A stretch of 64,000 bases of DNA. It comes from an uncultured delta proteobacterium (GTDB lineage: Bacteria > Myxococcota_A > Polyangia > Polyangiales > JAFGIB01). The stretch spans positions 64,001-128,000 of the forward strand of contig CAVZVA010000010.1 of assembly GCA_963778655.1 (NCBI GenBank). The letters are read 5' to 3'. Under the pieces are notes generated by a model that saw nothing but the letters and a program-made list of their open reading frames with translations, ran no database searches and was not told the DNA's origin. A program made the translations under genes and the position numbers. The first letter of the stretch is position 1. The number at the start of each line of letters is the position of its first letter. Below are positions 29,207-38,978 of this stretch, piece after piece.

Positions 29207-29234
29207 TTGACACGATAGCAAGCGTGTCTAAATG
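29207..29234 (+). promoter_or_regulatory. Putative promoter/operator of the hsp20 pair
   Basis: TTGACA, then TAAAT after 16 nt; overlapped by the inverted repeat GACACG-N8-CGTGTC. Confidence 0.35.
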
Positions 29235-29290
29235 ACTGGGCATCACGCGACCAACCGTGTCCTTTTGGACGCGAACTAGGGAGGTTGACC

Positions 29291-29749
29291 ATGCTCGTCA
29301 GACGTGTCTGGCCCTCGAGGCCGACTTTCGAGAGCTCCGCCGGCGATTACGATCCAGTGCGGCGCGAGTTGCTTCGCATGCTCGGATCCGTCGCGAGGGA
29401 CACGTCCGGCCAGGTCGAGCCGGCGATGTTCCCCCCGATCAACGTCACTCAAGACAACGACCACTTCTACGTGCGCGCTGAAATTCCTGGGATCAAGGCG
29501 ACCGAGCTTTCGATCTCCGCTCTCAGGAACCGGCTCTCGATCTCGGGCAAACGGGAGATCCCCGGGGAGCACGAGCGCGTCAGCTACCACCGCAAGGAGC
29601 GAGCGGAGGGTACTTTCAGTCGCATGGTGACGCTGCCGACGGAGGTGGACGCGGAGCGCGTCGAGGCGCGCTACACCGACGGTATCCTCACAGTCATGCT
29701 CGCAAAGGCAGAAGCCGCAAAGCCGCGCCAGATCAAGGTGAAGACATGA
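29291..29749 (+). CDS. Hsp20/alpha-crystallin small heat shock protein
   Basis: FPPINV, VRAEIPG, ERAEGTFSR, A.YTDGILTV.L.K; GGAGG RBS. Confidence 0.95.
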   Translation: MLVRRVWPSRPTFESSAGDYDPVRRELLRMLGSVARDTSGQVEPAMFPPINVTQDNDHFYVRAEIPGIKATELSISALRNRLSISGKREIPGEHERVSYHRKERAEGTFSRMVTLPTEVDAERVEARYTDGILTVMLAKAEAAKPRQIKVKT

Positions 29750-29778
29750 CCACGCCAAGCCCCAAGGAGGGAACTGTC

Positions 29779-30186
29779 ATGGCAAAGGAAGTCAAAGCTG
29801 AGGTTCGGAAGGGCGAGAGACCGGGCGTGCCGGCCATTGTCGAACAGACGCATGCGGGGACTGTCTACACGCCCGCGGTCGACATCTTCGAGAGCGATGA
29901 CGCGATCACGGTCCTGGCCGACATGCCGGGCGTGAAGGCTCAGGATCTCAAGATCGATCTGCGCGAGGACGTGCTCACGCTCAGCGGTCGTGTCATGCCC
30001 GACGCGTCGACCGCAACGGAGGTCCTCCGTGAGTACGAGTCGGGTACGTTCTTCCGTCAGTTCGTGCTGGCCGAGTCGATCGACCAGGCCAAGATCGACG
30101 CGAAGCTTGCTGACGGGGTGCTGCGGCTAGAGCTGGCCAAGGTCGAACGGGCCAAACCGCGGCAAATCACGATCAAGACCAGCTGA
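29779..30186 (+). CDS. Hsp20/alpha-crystallin small heat shock protein
   Basis: PAVDIFE, ADMPGV, FFRQFVL, AKLADGVLRLEL; AGGAGG RBS. Confidence 0.95.
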   Translation: MAKEVKAEVRKGERPGVPAIVEQTHAGTVYTPAVDIFESDDAITVLADMPGVKAQDLKIDLREDVLTLSGRVMPDASTATEVLREYESGTFFRQFVLAESIDQAKIDAKLADGVLRLELAKVERAKPRQITIKTS

Positions 30187-30503
30187 GGTCGGCTTCGTCC
30201 CAACATATGTGGGTCGCAACCTGAGGCGATTACGCAGGCCTCGGTGGCGACCGCGAGTCGCCCAAGCAGCTGCAGGCCGGGCCGCACGTCCTCCAAGAAG
30301 CGCTTCATGGCCCGCTGCACGACGGGTTCGTCGTTGCGCCTCCGCGCGCCCGTGGGACTACGTTTGCCAGCAGCTGATGAAGGCCACCCACGTCTCTTCC
30401 GGGGCGCTCTGGATCAGTCGCCAGCGGCGATTTCGTGACTATGTATGATGGCGCGGCCTTCGGAGGCTTTCGGAGGCCAATTTGCTTGGTCGGAGGGGCA
30501 CCC

Positions 30504-30965
30504 ATGAATCCCGCACGCTCAGTAGCCGACATCATGACGCGCGAAGTTGCGGTCCTGCACGAAGAGGACAACGTCGAGCACATCTTGCAGCAAATGCACC
30601 GGCTGAAGCTCAGGCACGTGCCGGTGGTCGACCGAGGGCGTCTGGTGGGGCTGATCAGTCATCACGACATGCTGCGCTTCACGATTGGCCAACTGCTGCT
30701 CGACGTCCCGGTCCCCCGCACCCGAGAGGAGTACCTGGAGCAATTGGAGGAAAACACCTTTGTGGCCGGTGTGATGACGCCCGACCCCGTCACGGTGACT
30801 CCCCAGACGCCGATCGCCAAGGCCGCGGAAATGTTGTTCCGTGCAAACATCGGCTGTCTGCCGGTCGTAGAAGGCGGCCAGCTCGTGGGCATCGTGACCG
30901 AGACCGATCTTGTCGGGCTCCTGGTGCGGCTCTTGAAGGTCAAAACGGACGTGAGCGCTGCGTGA
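30504..30965 (+). CDS. CBS domain pair protein (AcuB-like)
   Basis: VADIMTREV, RHVPVVDRGRLVGLIS, IGCLPVVEGGQLVGIVTETDL. Confidence 0.92.
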   Translation: MNPARSVADIMTREVAVLHEEDNVEHILQQMHRLKLRHVPVVDRGRLVGLISHHDMLRFTIGQLLLDVPVPRTREEYLEQLEENTFVAGVMTPDPVTVTPQTPIAKAAEMLFRANIGCLPVVEGGQLVGIVTETDLVGLLVRLLKVKTDVSAA

Positions 30966-31019
30966 TTGCGGACCCTCCAAGCGGCTTCCAGACGGACTTG
31001 TGAGGTAAGCTGGTCTGCT

Positions 31020-32978
31020 GTGGAAGCCGTCTTGGATGACTCGGAGGACCGGCTCGCGGACGACGCCGGCCCACACGGCGCACGGCCCGCGCCGTCGGGC
31101 GCGGGCATGGACCTCGGCGCAATCGCCGTCGCGCTGCGCGCCCTCGAGGACCGGCTGATCGAGCTTCAGACGGCGATGCGCGAAGCGCTCGAGCGCGTCC
31201 CGGCCGATCGTCGCGCGAGTGCGGAGAACCTCGTGCACTACGTCGCACTCCGGCAGCACGACCTGCGCGAGCTGCAGGAGCAGCTCGCGCAGCACGGGCT
31301 TTCGTCGCTCGGCCGCGCCGAGAGCGCGGTGCTGGCGGGCGTGCTCAGTGCCTCGCTGCGCGCCCACGAATCGCTCGCGCTACACGGCGACGCCGAGGCC
31401 GCGCGCGAGCTGCCCAGCATCGAGGCGCGCCGCGCAAGTGCCATGTCGTGGCAGGACGCGAAGCAAAGGCTACACCAGCACACACGCGACGTTCTCGGAC
31501 CGCGGCCCGGCGATCGCCACATCGCCATCATGGTGACGGCGCCATCCGCCGCGGAAGCCGATCGCGCCTGGATGGTGAAGATGCTGCAGGCCGGCATGAA
31601 CGTGTTGCGCATCAACGCCGCGCACGAGGGCGCCCTCGAATGGAAGAGCCTCGTCGAGGCGCTCGCTGCGGCGCGTCGCGAGACCGGAAAGACCTGCCGC
31701 ATGCTCATGGATCTGCCCGGCCCGAAGATCCGCACCGGCCCGATCGCGGGGGGCGGTCACGTGGCGACCTGGAAGCCCGAACGCGACGAGATCGGGCGGC
31801 CGGTCGCGGCCGCCCGCGTCGTCCTCGGGCGCGCGTCCGCGCCGCAGGAGGGGGCCGGCGCGCTGCTCCGGGTGAGCGACGAGGCATTCGCAAGGCTCCG
31901 CGGCGGCGATGTGCTGCGCTTTCACGACGCGCGCGGCAAGAAGCGCATGCTCCGGGTCGACGAGGTCACCGCCGACCACGCGCTCGCGAGCACGATGGAG
32001 CGCGCCTACGTCCAAGACCGCGTCGAGGCGCGCGTGCACCGCGACGGAGCGCACGCGTTCGACCTCGTGATCGAGGTCGAACACGCCGAGGGCCCCGCCA
32101 TCGACGTCGAGACCGGCGATGCGCTCGTCCTTTCGCTGCGCGCGTCGCACGGTAGGCCGCCTCTGCGCGATGCGGGCGGGCGGCTCGAGACGCCTGGCGT
32201 GGTTTCGTGCACCTTGCCGCCAGCCTTCGAGCACCTCGGCGAAGGGCAACGCGTGCTGTTCGACGACGGAAAGATCTGTGCCGTCGTGGAGCACGGCAGC
32301 GCGAAGGACGGCGCGTTCTCGCTGCGGGTTACGCGCACCCAGAAGCGTATCCAGAAGCTACGGGCCCAGAAGGGCATCAACCTGCCCGATACGCGCGTCA
32401 CCGTGCCCAGCCTCGCCGAGGACGACTTGCGGGCGCTGGCGTTCGTGGCCGAGCACGGCGAAGTCGACGCGGTCGGGCTCTCGTTCGTGCGCTCGACCGA
32501 CGACGTTCGAAAGCTGCACGCCGAGCTCGACCGCATCGGGCGGCCCCACATCGGCGTCGTCCTCAAGATCGAAACGGCCGCCGGCTTCGAGAACCTGCCG
32601 CGTTTGCTGCTCGAGGGCCTGACTCGGCCGCCGCTCGCCGTGATGATCGCGCGCGGGGATCTGGCCGTCGAGGTCGGGTTCGAGCGCCTCGCCGAGCTGC
32701 AGGAAGAAATCCTGTGGCTGTGCGAGGCGAGCCACGTGCCGGCGATCTGGGCGACGCAGGTGCTCGACACCCTCGCTCGCACCGGCGTGCCTTCGCGCGC
32801 CGAAGTCACCGACGCGGCGGCCAGCGTTGCGGCCGAGTGCGTGATGCTGAACAAGGGGCCGTTTGTGGGCGATGCGGTGACCGCGCTTGCGAACATCCTG
32901 CGCCGTATGGAGAAGCACCACTACAAGAAGCGCAGCCTGTTTCGAAAGCTGCGCGTCTCGACGTTCACCGAGCGCTGA
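31020..32978 (+). CDS. pyk: Pyruvate kinase, atypical long form
   Basis: AGMNVLRIN.AH, MDLPGPKIRTG, KGINLPDT, LSFVRS, KIET, MIARGDLAVE, ATQVLD, PSRAEVTD, CVMLNKG. Start uncertain. Confidence 0.88.
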   Translation: MEAVLDDSEDRLADDAGPHGARPAPSGAGMDLGAIAVALRALEDRLIELQTAMREALERVPADRRASAENLVHYVALRQHDLRELQEQLAQHGLSSLGRAESAVLAGVLSASLRAHESLALHGDAEAARELPSIEARRASAMSWQDAKQRLHQHTRDVLGPRPGDRHIAIMVTAPSAAEADRAWMVKMLQAGMNVLRINAAHEGALEWKSLVEALAAARRETGKTCRMLMDLPGPKIRTGPIAGGGHVATWKPERDEIGRPVAAARVVLGRASAPQEGAGALLRVSDEAFARLRGGDVLRFHDARGKKRMLRVDEVTADHALASTMERAYVQDRVEARVHRDGAHAFDLVIEVEHAEGPAIDVETGDALVLSLRASHGRPPLRDAGGRLETPGVVSCTLPPAFEHLGEGQRVLFDDGKICAVVEHGSAKDGAFSLRVTRTQKRIQKLRAQKGINLPDTRVTVPSLAEDDLRALAFVAEHGEVDAVGLSFVRSTDDVRKLHAELDRIGRPHIGVVLKIETAAGFENLPRLLLEGLTRPPLAVMIARGDLAVEVGFERLAELQEEILWLCEASHVPAIWATQVLDTLARTGVPSRAEVTDAAASVAAECVMLNKGPFVGDAVTALANILRRMEKHHYKKRSLFRKLRVSTFTER

Positions 32979-33161
32979 GGGGCCAGTGGATAGTCGGTAT
33001 GAAGCGCCGATTCGAGCACGGCGCTGTTGCGGGCGAGTTGACATATTCCGTTCAACTGCACAGTAGAGCCTACCTTCTCCAGGCGGCAGCTACTCGGAAA
33101 TGCTGCAGGCCGGCATCGCGCCCCGCGGCATCGCCGCATCCCACACGACACGCGGCCGCGT

Positions 33162-33198
33162 GGCGGCGGCGGCGCTGCCGGCGCGCGCCGCCGCCGCC
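33162..33198. terminator. GC-rich hairpin just after the stop of the minus-strand remnant
   Basis: GGCGGCGGCGGCGC...GCGCCGCCGCCGCC, 14-bp inverted repeat, no U-tract. Confidence 0.35.
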
Positions 33199-33200
33199 GC

Positions 33201-33670
33201 TCAGTCGCCGTTGCCGTTGTCGTACTGTGGGCCGAGCTTGATCACGCGGAAGTCGCTCAGGTCGATCTTGTGCCTGAGCGCGTCCCGCGCGCGGGCCGTG
33301 CGACGTGTACCAGGTGGGGTTGCCCTCGGCCAGCGGCCGCACGCCGCTGCCGCTCAGGTCCATGGTGGCGCCCAGCCCGCAGTGCCACTGCCCGCCGTTG
33401 TCGACCACGTTCCACATCCCCCATTCGGTCATGGTCGAGCGATCGATGATCAGCAGGTGGTGATCGCTCTGTGGATCGGGCGTGGCGCCGGCGGGCCACG
33501 GCACCATGGCGCTGGCGTTCATGCCGTTGTTGCCCGGAAAGCCGAGGCCGCCGAGGTCGCAGCTCACCATGACCTTGGGCGTGCTGGCGTCGGCCTCGAA
33601 CAGCGGGATGGAATAGCCCGCGATGTTTGACGTCGAGGTGCGAGCCGTACTCCAGGCTGATCCAGCGGTG
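33201..33670 (-). pseudogene. Internally deleted remnant of a secreted hypothetical protein
   Basis: YSIPLFEADA...PWPAGATPDPQSDHHLLIIDR...WYTSHGPRA jumps frame to DALRHKIDLSDFRVIKLGPQYDNGNGD*; no start. Confidence 0.55.
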
Positions 33671-33772
33671 CGATCGGCTCGCCTGCACGCGGCTGCCGGA
33701 GGGTGATGATGTCCCGTCCGCCACGCCACGCACGAGGCGGCGGCCGCTGGGACGCTCACACCCCCTTGGGAA

Positions 33773-34474
33773 TCAGGGGGGCAAGCTCCCGTCCACGGTC
33801 GGAAGCTCTCGGCCGCTGCGCAGCACGTACATGATCGAACGAACGCCGCGGCCGTCGGGCGATGGCACGCTGTCGCCGAAGAGCGCAGCGGCGAATCCTA
33901 GTGGGTGCGTAGGATCGGGCATGGCGAGCGCACTGAGAAAGGCGAGCCGGCCATCGCTGTCCAGATGCGACGTCTCGACGCGACACAGCGAGCTCCTGCA
34001 TTCGATCGCGTCCAGGGCCGAGCCGGCGGGTAGGGTGTGCGCAAAGAGCGCGCGAAAGGCGGCCTCGGGATGCCAGGCTGGATCGGGGACCTCAGCTGCG
34101 AATGCCTGCTCCACGCGGTGCCAGCGCTGCTGGCTCGTGACCTGGTTGCTCGGCACAGGTGCCGGCCCCGTCGCCTGCTCGTTCGGCGTGGGAGTGCCCG
34201 GCACCGGTCGTGGGGGCGCGGGCAGCGGTGTAGCGCGCTGAGCGGGCGCGCTGCCCGGGCTGCTCGCGGCGCGCTCCGTTGCTTGGGCTGGTCTGAGCTT
34301 CGCGCCGGGGTCCGCGTGGCTGCTCACCGCGGTGTGCACGCGCTCGGGGCGCGCGCCGTGCCACAAGGCGGCGCACCACAGCGCCGCCATTGCGAGCGCT
34401 CCAAATGCCAGCAGCTTGGCCGTGGTTGCGCTCGCCGGCACGCGTTCAGTAGTCGACCGAGAGGACGCGTGCAT
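33773..34474 (-). CDS. Membrane-anchored hypothetical protein
   Basis: N-terminal TM, Pro-rich linker, FAAEVPDPAW...IECRSSLCRVE. Confidence 0.65.
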   Translation of the reverse strand: MHASSRSTTERVPASATTAKLLAFGALAMAALWCAALWHGARPERVHTAVSSHADPGAKLRPAQATERAASSPGSAPAQRATPLPAPPRPVPGTPTPNEQATGPAPVPSNQVTSQQRWHRVEQAFAAEVPDPAWHPEAAFRALFAHTLPAGSALDAIECRSSLCRVETSHLDSDGRLAFLSALAMPDPTHPLGFAAALFGDSVPSPDGRGVRSIMYVLRSGRELPTVDGSLPP

Positions 34475-34949
34475 CGCCGATCCGGGAGTCCTGTGAGTTG
34501 AACCCGCAGACCACGCTCAAGCTGTCGCCGGTCGCGACCGTGAGCGATTTGGCGACCGTCGCGTAGCCGCCCACCGGAAATGCACCATAGCTGACGAGCT
34601 GCACGATCGTGCCGCTCGGGTTGTATTCGAGCGCGAGGCACTGCAGCTGGCTCGACGTGGTTTGCTTGACGGTGAGCGAAACCGTCTTGGCGCCGGTGCT
34701 GTCGAGCGCGATCGGGATCACCCAAGCCGGTGGAAGGTAGCCGTTCGGGCATGACGGGCCCGGCAGGAACCCGACACCCGCGGTGCCACTGAAGTAGTCG
34801 AAATTAAAGCACGGTGTATAGCTCGGGAACGCCGACTGGCCGACCGCCAACGCTCGACGTGCCGACGCGCCGCTCGCGCCTACGCCGGTCATCAAGATCG
34901 CCGCCAGCGCCGCGAGTGCAGGGGTTTTCATGCCGATTGCCTTTCTCAT
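34446..34949 (-). CDS. Secreted hypothetical protein
   Basis: GGAGG RBS, signal peptide ending ASA, beta-rich mature domain with four Cys. Confidence 0.65.
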   Translation of the reverse strand: MRKAIGMKTPALAALAAILMTGVGASGASARRALAVGQSAFPSYTPCFNFDYFSGTAGVGFLPGPSCPNGYLPPAWVIPIALDSTGAKTVSLTVKQTTSSQLQCLALEYNPSGTIVQLVSYGAFPVGGYATVAKSLTVATGDSLSVVCGFNSQDSRIGDARVLSVDY

Positions 34950-35002
34950 ACGTTTTCCTCCTGAAGCCGCTCCGCGGATGACCCGGACCCGTGGCGGGAC
35001 GT

Positions 35003-35018
35003 TGCAGGGCCCGTGCCA
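35003..35018 (-). promoter_or_regulatory. Sigma-54 (-24/-12) promoter
   Basis: Minus strand TGGCACGGGCCCTGCA (GG-N10-GC), about 55 nt upstream of the ATG at 34949. Confidence 0.6.
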
Positions 35019-35427
35019 GGACCGAAAGTGCGGTCTTTCGCCGGGTTCGAAGCGGCGCATGCGACGCCCCGCGCCGATTGCGGCACGCCTGCTGCCACTT
35101 CGGGCACTGGTACCGCTCGCAGCGGGTCCGCTACACCACCTCGGTTCTCTTTCTCGGGGGCGCGAGACGCAACTCGTTCTCAGCCGAAAGCCCGTGTGCG
35201 GCCGACGACTTAGGCGCCGTTGATGGCGGCGACCGAAGAACGCTACCCCACTCGAAGTGCGCACCCACGACGCTACCGCGCCCAGGCGCGCCAGCGTGGT
35301 CTCACTCGAGCGCACCACGTTGGTCTTGCGTGCCAACCGCCGGATCGCGCTCGGCACGGGCGAGGGCGTGCTCGTGGTCTACCGATCGGCGGCAGCTGGC
35401 GCGGCTCGCCAACCATCGCGCCGGGCC

Positions 35428-36606
35428 TCACGGACCGGTAAAGAGGCCCGAGATATGCACCTTCACGATCGGATCGTTGGCTTCGTCATAGACAACATCG
35501 CTTTGGCCGTCGACGCTGCGGCGAACGACGGCGTCCCGCAAAACGGCGTTCCCGCTCGTGTAACGAGAGAGCTCGTATAGCCGACCCGAAGCGTCCAGCC
35601 GTGGGGTGCCCCCCACGGAATGCCCGGCCGGAAGCGGCGGATATGCGCCTCGCATGGTGGCGTTGCCGTCGAGCCCGACGAACCACAGCTCCCGCGCTGT
35701 CGGATCGGCGTCGCTCGCCAGCACGAGGCGGTAACCATCCGGGTCCGCGCGCGCGGTGAGGGGCTTGGTCGCCGGAAGACCTGAGAATGGGACCACTGTC
35801 AGGCTGGCGAGGTCGAGCACGCCGTCGTCCTCCAGCGCAGTGCCCGAAGCACCGAGCGAATAAAGCGGTCTCTCCGTGATCTTCCGCCCCTGCTCGTCGT
35901 ACCAGGCCGCGCCGCAGTAGTGAAGGATCGCGCCGTCGGGCGAGACCAACAGCCCGCTGGTCGAGGCCGGGTAGCTGTCGCAGCTTGGCATTGGAATCGG
36001 ATCGTCGTTGGCTTGCGGATCCTTCGGATATGCAATGCCCGGGCGCGCATACCGGCACCCGTCGCAGCGGAACACGAAGCCCCCGCCGTTGGCTGTGTAT
36101 AGAAGGCGGCCATCTGTGGGGCGGATCTGTCCCGACTCCTCGTCCGCGCCGCAGTCGAACCCCACCACGGCCTCGTCGGGCGCGAGCACGGGAGCAACTG
36201 CGTCCAAATAACAAGCACCTTCGCTCAACGTGCCGAATAGGTAGACCTCGTCCAGATCGAAGATCTCCAGGTGCGGGTCGGGTGGCATCACGCCCGCATC
36301 GTCGTCGGCGGTCACGGCCGCATCGTAGAACAGTCCGTTCCAGCGAGGGTCTGGCGCGCCGGCATCGTAGGCAGGACTCTGCGTGCGCCCGGCGTCGGAG
36401 GTGACGGCGGTGACGCCGGCAGGTGGGTTCGGCTGGCCGGTGACCGGAATCGGCCACAGCGAGATGGCGGCGTCGGGATCGCCGCGATCTCGAACCTTGT
36501 CCTCCGAGCAGGCCGTGCACAGCGCGCAGCAGACGCTCGCCCAGCAGGCGAGCGCCGCCCACGCCCGGCGTGCGGCCCATGCAGGCCTCGTTGATCTAGC
36601 GGCCAT
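35428..36606 (-). CDS. Hypothetical lipoprotein
   Basis: Signal ending CTAC-S; DAG-type linker; beta-rich body. Confidence 0.7.
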   Translation of the reverse strand: MAARSTRPAWAARRAWAALACWASVCCALCTACSEDKVRDRGDPDAAISLWPIPVTGQPNPPAGVTAVTSDAGRTQSPAYDAGAPDPRWNGLFYDAAVTADDDAGVMPPDPHLEIFDLDEVYLFGTLSEGACYLDAVAPVLAPDEAVVGFDCGADEESGQIRPTDGRLLYTANGGGFVFRCDGCRYARPGIAYPKDPQANDDPIPMPSCDSYPASTSGLLVSPDGAILHYCGAAWYDEQGRKITERPLYSLGASGTALEDDGVLDLASLTVVPFSGLPATKPLTARADPDGYRLVLASDADPTARELWFVGLDGNATMRGAYPPLPAGHSVGGTPRLDASGRLYELSRYTSGNAVLRDAVVRRSVDGQSDVVYDEANDPIVKVHISGLFTGP

Positions 36607-37981
36607 GGCTCATCAGCAGCGGTGGCAGTCGCACGTGACAGCCCAGTGCGTGCCTGACCAGCATCACGGGTGGAGGGCTGACGATGGCGCTCGCTCCAGC
36701 GGCGGACGTCATCTCGTCGTCGGTCGCGCGCCACGCGAGCTCCCCAAGCGGGACGGGCAACGCCGCTTCGGAGGCTACGAGGTAGGCTTCCCCGAGCCCG
36801 GGATCGAACGCCGCTTCGATCGCGTCCCGGTCCCTTCCCGGCCAGACCGCGGGCGAGATGCCGTCGACGATGCTCGCACGCCACGCGGCTACGACCGTGT
36901 CCGACGAGGGATCGACCTGGACGGAGAACACGTCCGCGGCCAACGCGCTCGCAGTCCCCAGTCTGGCACCGACGGACACGTTCATGCGTGCGGCGTAGAT
37001 GCGACCGATCCACGCGCCCAGCGCCGTCGCGGCCACGTCTTCGAAGCCGCCGGGCAGGCTCGGCTCCGCGCGCTCGTGCAGGGCAGCATGCTTCTTCGCG
37101 GCATCGGGCGCGGGACCAAACATGATCTCGCGAGTCGTGAGCGGTGGCTTGTCGAAGAGCGCGTCGACACCGGCGCGACCGCGTGCCAGCCAGTATTGGG
37201 TCACGAAGCCACCTCCGAACGCGTAGGGAAACCGCTCGTCCCCTCGCGCCACCGGCGCGGCGTCTTTTTCGGCCTCGTCGAGCGTGTCGGAGCGCCATTG
37301 CGCGAAGTAAGCCTCCCAGTCGACGTCGTCCGGGGAGAGCCCCGCGAGCTGGATGTCCACCAAGGCCTGGTAGAGCACCGCTTCGCCTTCGATCACACTG
37401 TCCACAGCCAGCGAGGCGTCGTACGACGTGCCCCATTTCTGCTGAAAGCGTTCGAGGCCGTAGTCCGCGTCTTGCAAGGCATGCACGATCTCGTGCGCGA
37501 GCGTCTCGACCGCGGTCTCGTCGTCGAGCCGCTCACCGTGGTCGACGACCAAGATGCGCTTTTCCTGGTTGAGGTAGACGGCGGCAATGTCGGCTACCGA
37601 GTCTGCCAGGGATTGGTCGATCTGGTAGTCGGGCGGCGCGAGCCGGAAAAGGGCGAGGCCCCGACTCCAGCGCGCGTACGCAGCCCTGGTGTCCTCGTCG
37701 AAGGCGTTGTTGGCTTGCAGCTTGGCGAGCAGGGCGTCTTCGCTGACGACCTTGACCGGCGGCAGCTTCGCTTGGCCGCCCCGCATGCACGACACCGCCG
37801 CCATGACCGCGCGCTGGCAAGCCTGCTCCCGGATGTCGCACGCCGACAGCGTCGGGCAATTCGCGCCATTGCTGCAGGCGCTCAGCACGGCCGCCAGCAA
37901 GGTCGAAACGGCGGACAGACGCAGCGCGACCGGTCCGGCTCGACCCCCACTGCTGGCCTCGCTTGCCCCTCCCGCCGTCAT
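36596..37981 (-). CDS. Lipoprotein with HExxH zinc metallopeptidase-like domain
   Basis: LSAC lipobox; TLAHEIVHALQD, SVIEGEA, FPYAFGGGFV, PPLTTREI. Confidence 0.8.
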   Translation of the reverse strand: MTAGGASEASSGGRAGPVALRLSAVSTLLAAVLSACSNGANCPTLSACDIREQACQRAVMAAVSCMRGGQAKLPPVKVVSEDALLAKLQANNAFDEDTRAAYARWSRGLALFRLAPPDYQIDQSLADSVADIAAVYLNQEKRILVVDHGERLDDETAVETLAHEIVHALQDADYGLERFQQKWGTSYDASLAVDSVIEGEAVLYQALVDIQLAGLSPDDVDWEAYFAQWRSDTLDEAEKDAAPVARGDERFPYAFGGGFVTQYWLARGRAGVDALFDKPPLTTREIMFGPAPDAAKKHAALHERAEPSLPGGFEDVAATALGAWIGRIYAARMNVSVGARLGTASALAADVFSVQVDPSSDTVVAAWRASIVDGISPAVWPGRDRDAIEAAFDPGLGEAYLVASEAALPVPLGELAWRATDDEMTSAAGASAIVSPPPVMLVRHALGCHVRLPPLLMSHGR

Positions 37982-38176
37982 GGCCTAGCGATGTTTGTAC
38001 TTCCTCGCGCGGCCGATTGGAAGTGGAGCATGGGAGCGCCATCTGGGTTCGCGGGCGCTCGGGCCCAGAGCTCGCGGTCGGCCTCGACCTCCGGGATCAA
38101 CTCGAGGGCACGATCTCGAACGTCCACCGGGGCAGCGTGGGCGACTGGCGTTGAACAGCGGCACAACCGCCTCGCA

Positions 38177-38662
38177 TCAGCGCCGCGTCTCGGCCATGCG
38201 CGCCGCGAGCAGCTTGCGAACGAGCGCAACGGGGAGCGGCTTTGCAAGCGTGAAGTGCAACGCCGACTTGGTGTGATCATAGCCCTCGAGCTCGCCAGCG
38301 AGCGTCTGAAGGGTCGTGCCGCTGAACGGGTAGTAGGAGCCGCCGTTCGCTCTGGCGGCGAAACCCGCGACCACGCGGCCGCCCACCCGGAAGGCCGGGA
38401 TCGCGTAGCTGATGCACTCCTGAGCCTCGGGGACGATCCGCCGGATCGTCCGGCGCAACCGCTCGAGGGCGCGCCGTGTCTCGCCGCTCGCGCCCCCGAG
38501 GTACTCGTCGATGGTCGCGGCCTTGTGGGGCGCCGCCGCTCTCAGCGCCGCCGGCAGCGGGCGGCAGCCGCAGGCCTTCGCATGTGCCTTATGCCAGGCG
38601 ATCCGTTGCGCGGTCGTCGGCGTCTTTGGCATCGGATGACCGTCGTGCCACGCCCGATTCAC
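38177..38662 (-). CDS. DUF1801/YdhG-like protein with His/Cys N-terminal extension
   Basis: TIDEYL...LERLRRTIRRIVPEAQECISYAIPAF...TKSALHF...LPVALVRKL; N-terminus WHDGHPMP...WHKAHAKACGCRP. Confidence 0.85.
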   Translation of the reverse strand: MNRAWHDGHPMPKTPTTAQRIAWHKAHAKACGCRPLPAALRAAAPHKAATIDEYLGGASGETRRALERLRRTIRRIVPEAQECISYAIPAFRVGGRVVAGFAARANGGSYYPFSGTTLQTLAGELEGYDHTKSALHFTLAKPLPVALVRKLLAARMAETRR

Positions 38663-38762
38663 CGTGGTTGTCTACCACGGGGCGCCCGTCGTGTGCCAAC
38701 CGAGGATCCCGGGCTCACGCGGCCGTCGCGGTAGTCGAAGTTGAGCATGGCGCCCAGACGCG

Positions 38763-38978
38763 CTATCTGCCGCCCTGGCTTTCCTCGTTGTCCGGATCGC
38801 CGCTCTGCGGATCGCCGCTTTGCTGATCGCCGTCCTGGTGGTCGCCGTCGCCGCACTCGCATTCGTGGTGGCGCGCGCCGCTGTCAGCCTTGGCGCGCTC
38901 GTCGACTTCATACTCCTTGTCCGCGACGGCGCCGAGAATCGGCGGGCGAAGCCGGCAAGCAGCGCGGGTATTCATCAT
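38763..38978 (-). CDS. Possible small acidic protein coupled to the upstream gene
   Basis: ATGA overlap with the stop at 38975; QSGDP repeats encoded by 15-bp tandem repeats. Confidence 0.3.
   Translation of the reverse strand: MMNTRAACRLRPPILGAVADKEYEVDERAKADSGARHHECECGDGDHQDGDQQSGDPQSGDPDNEESQGGR

Noticed and set aside
29179..29207. CIRCE element
   Set aside because: The left arm is poor and the spacer is 11 nt rather than 9
36383..38734. 783-aa plus-strand ORF and similar long antisense ORFs (340-1341, 2926-4581, 4824-6296, 44573-46036)
   Set aside because: Shadow ORFs of high-GC genes on the opposite strand, with no recognisable motifs
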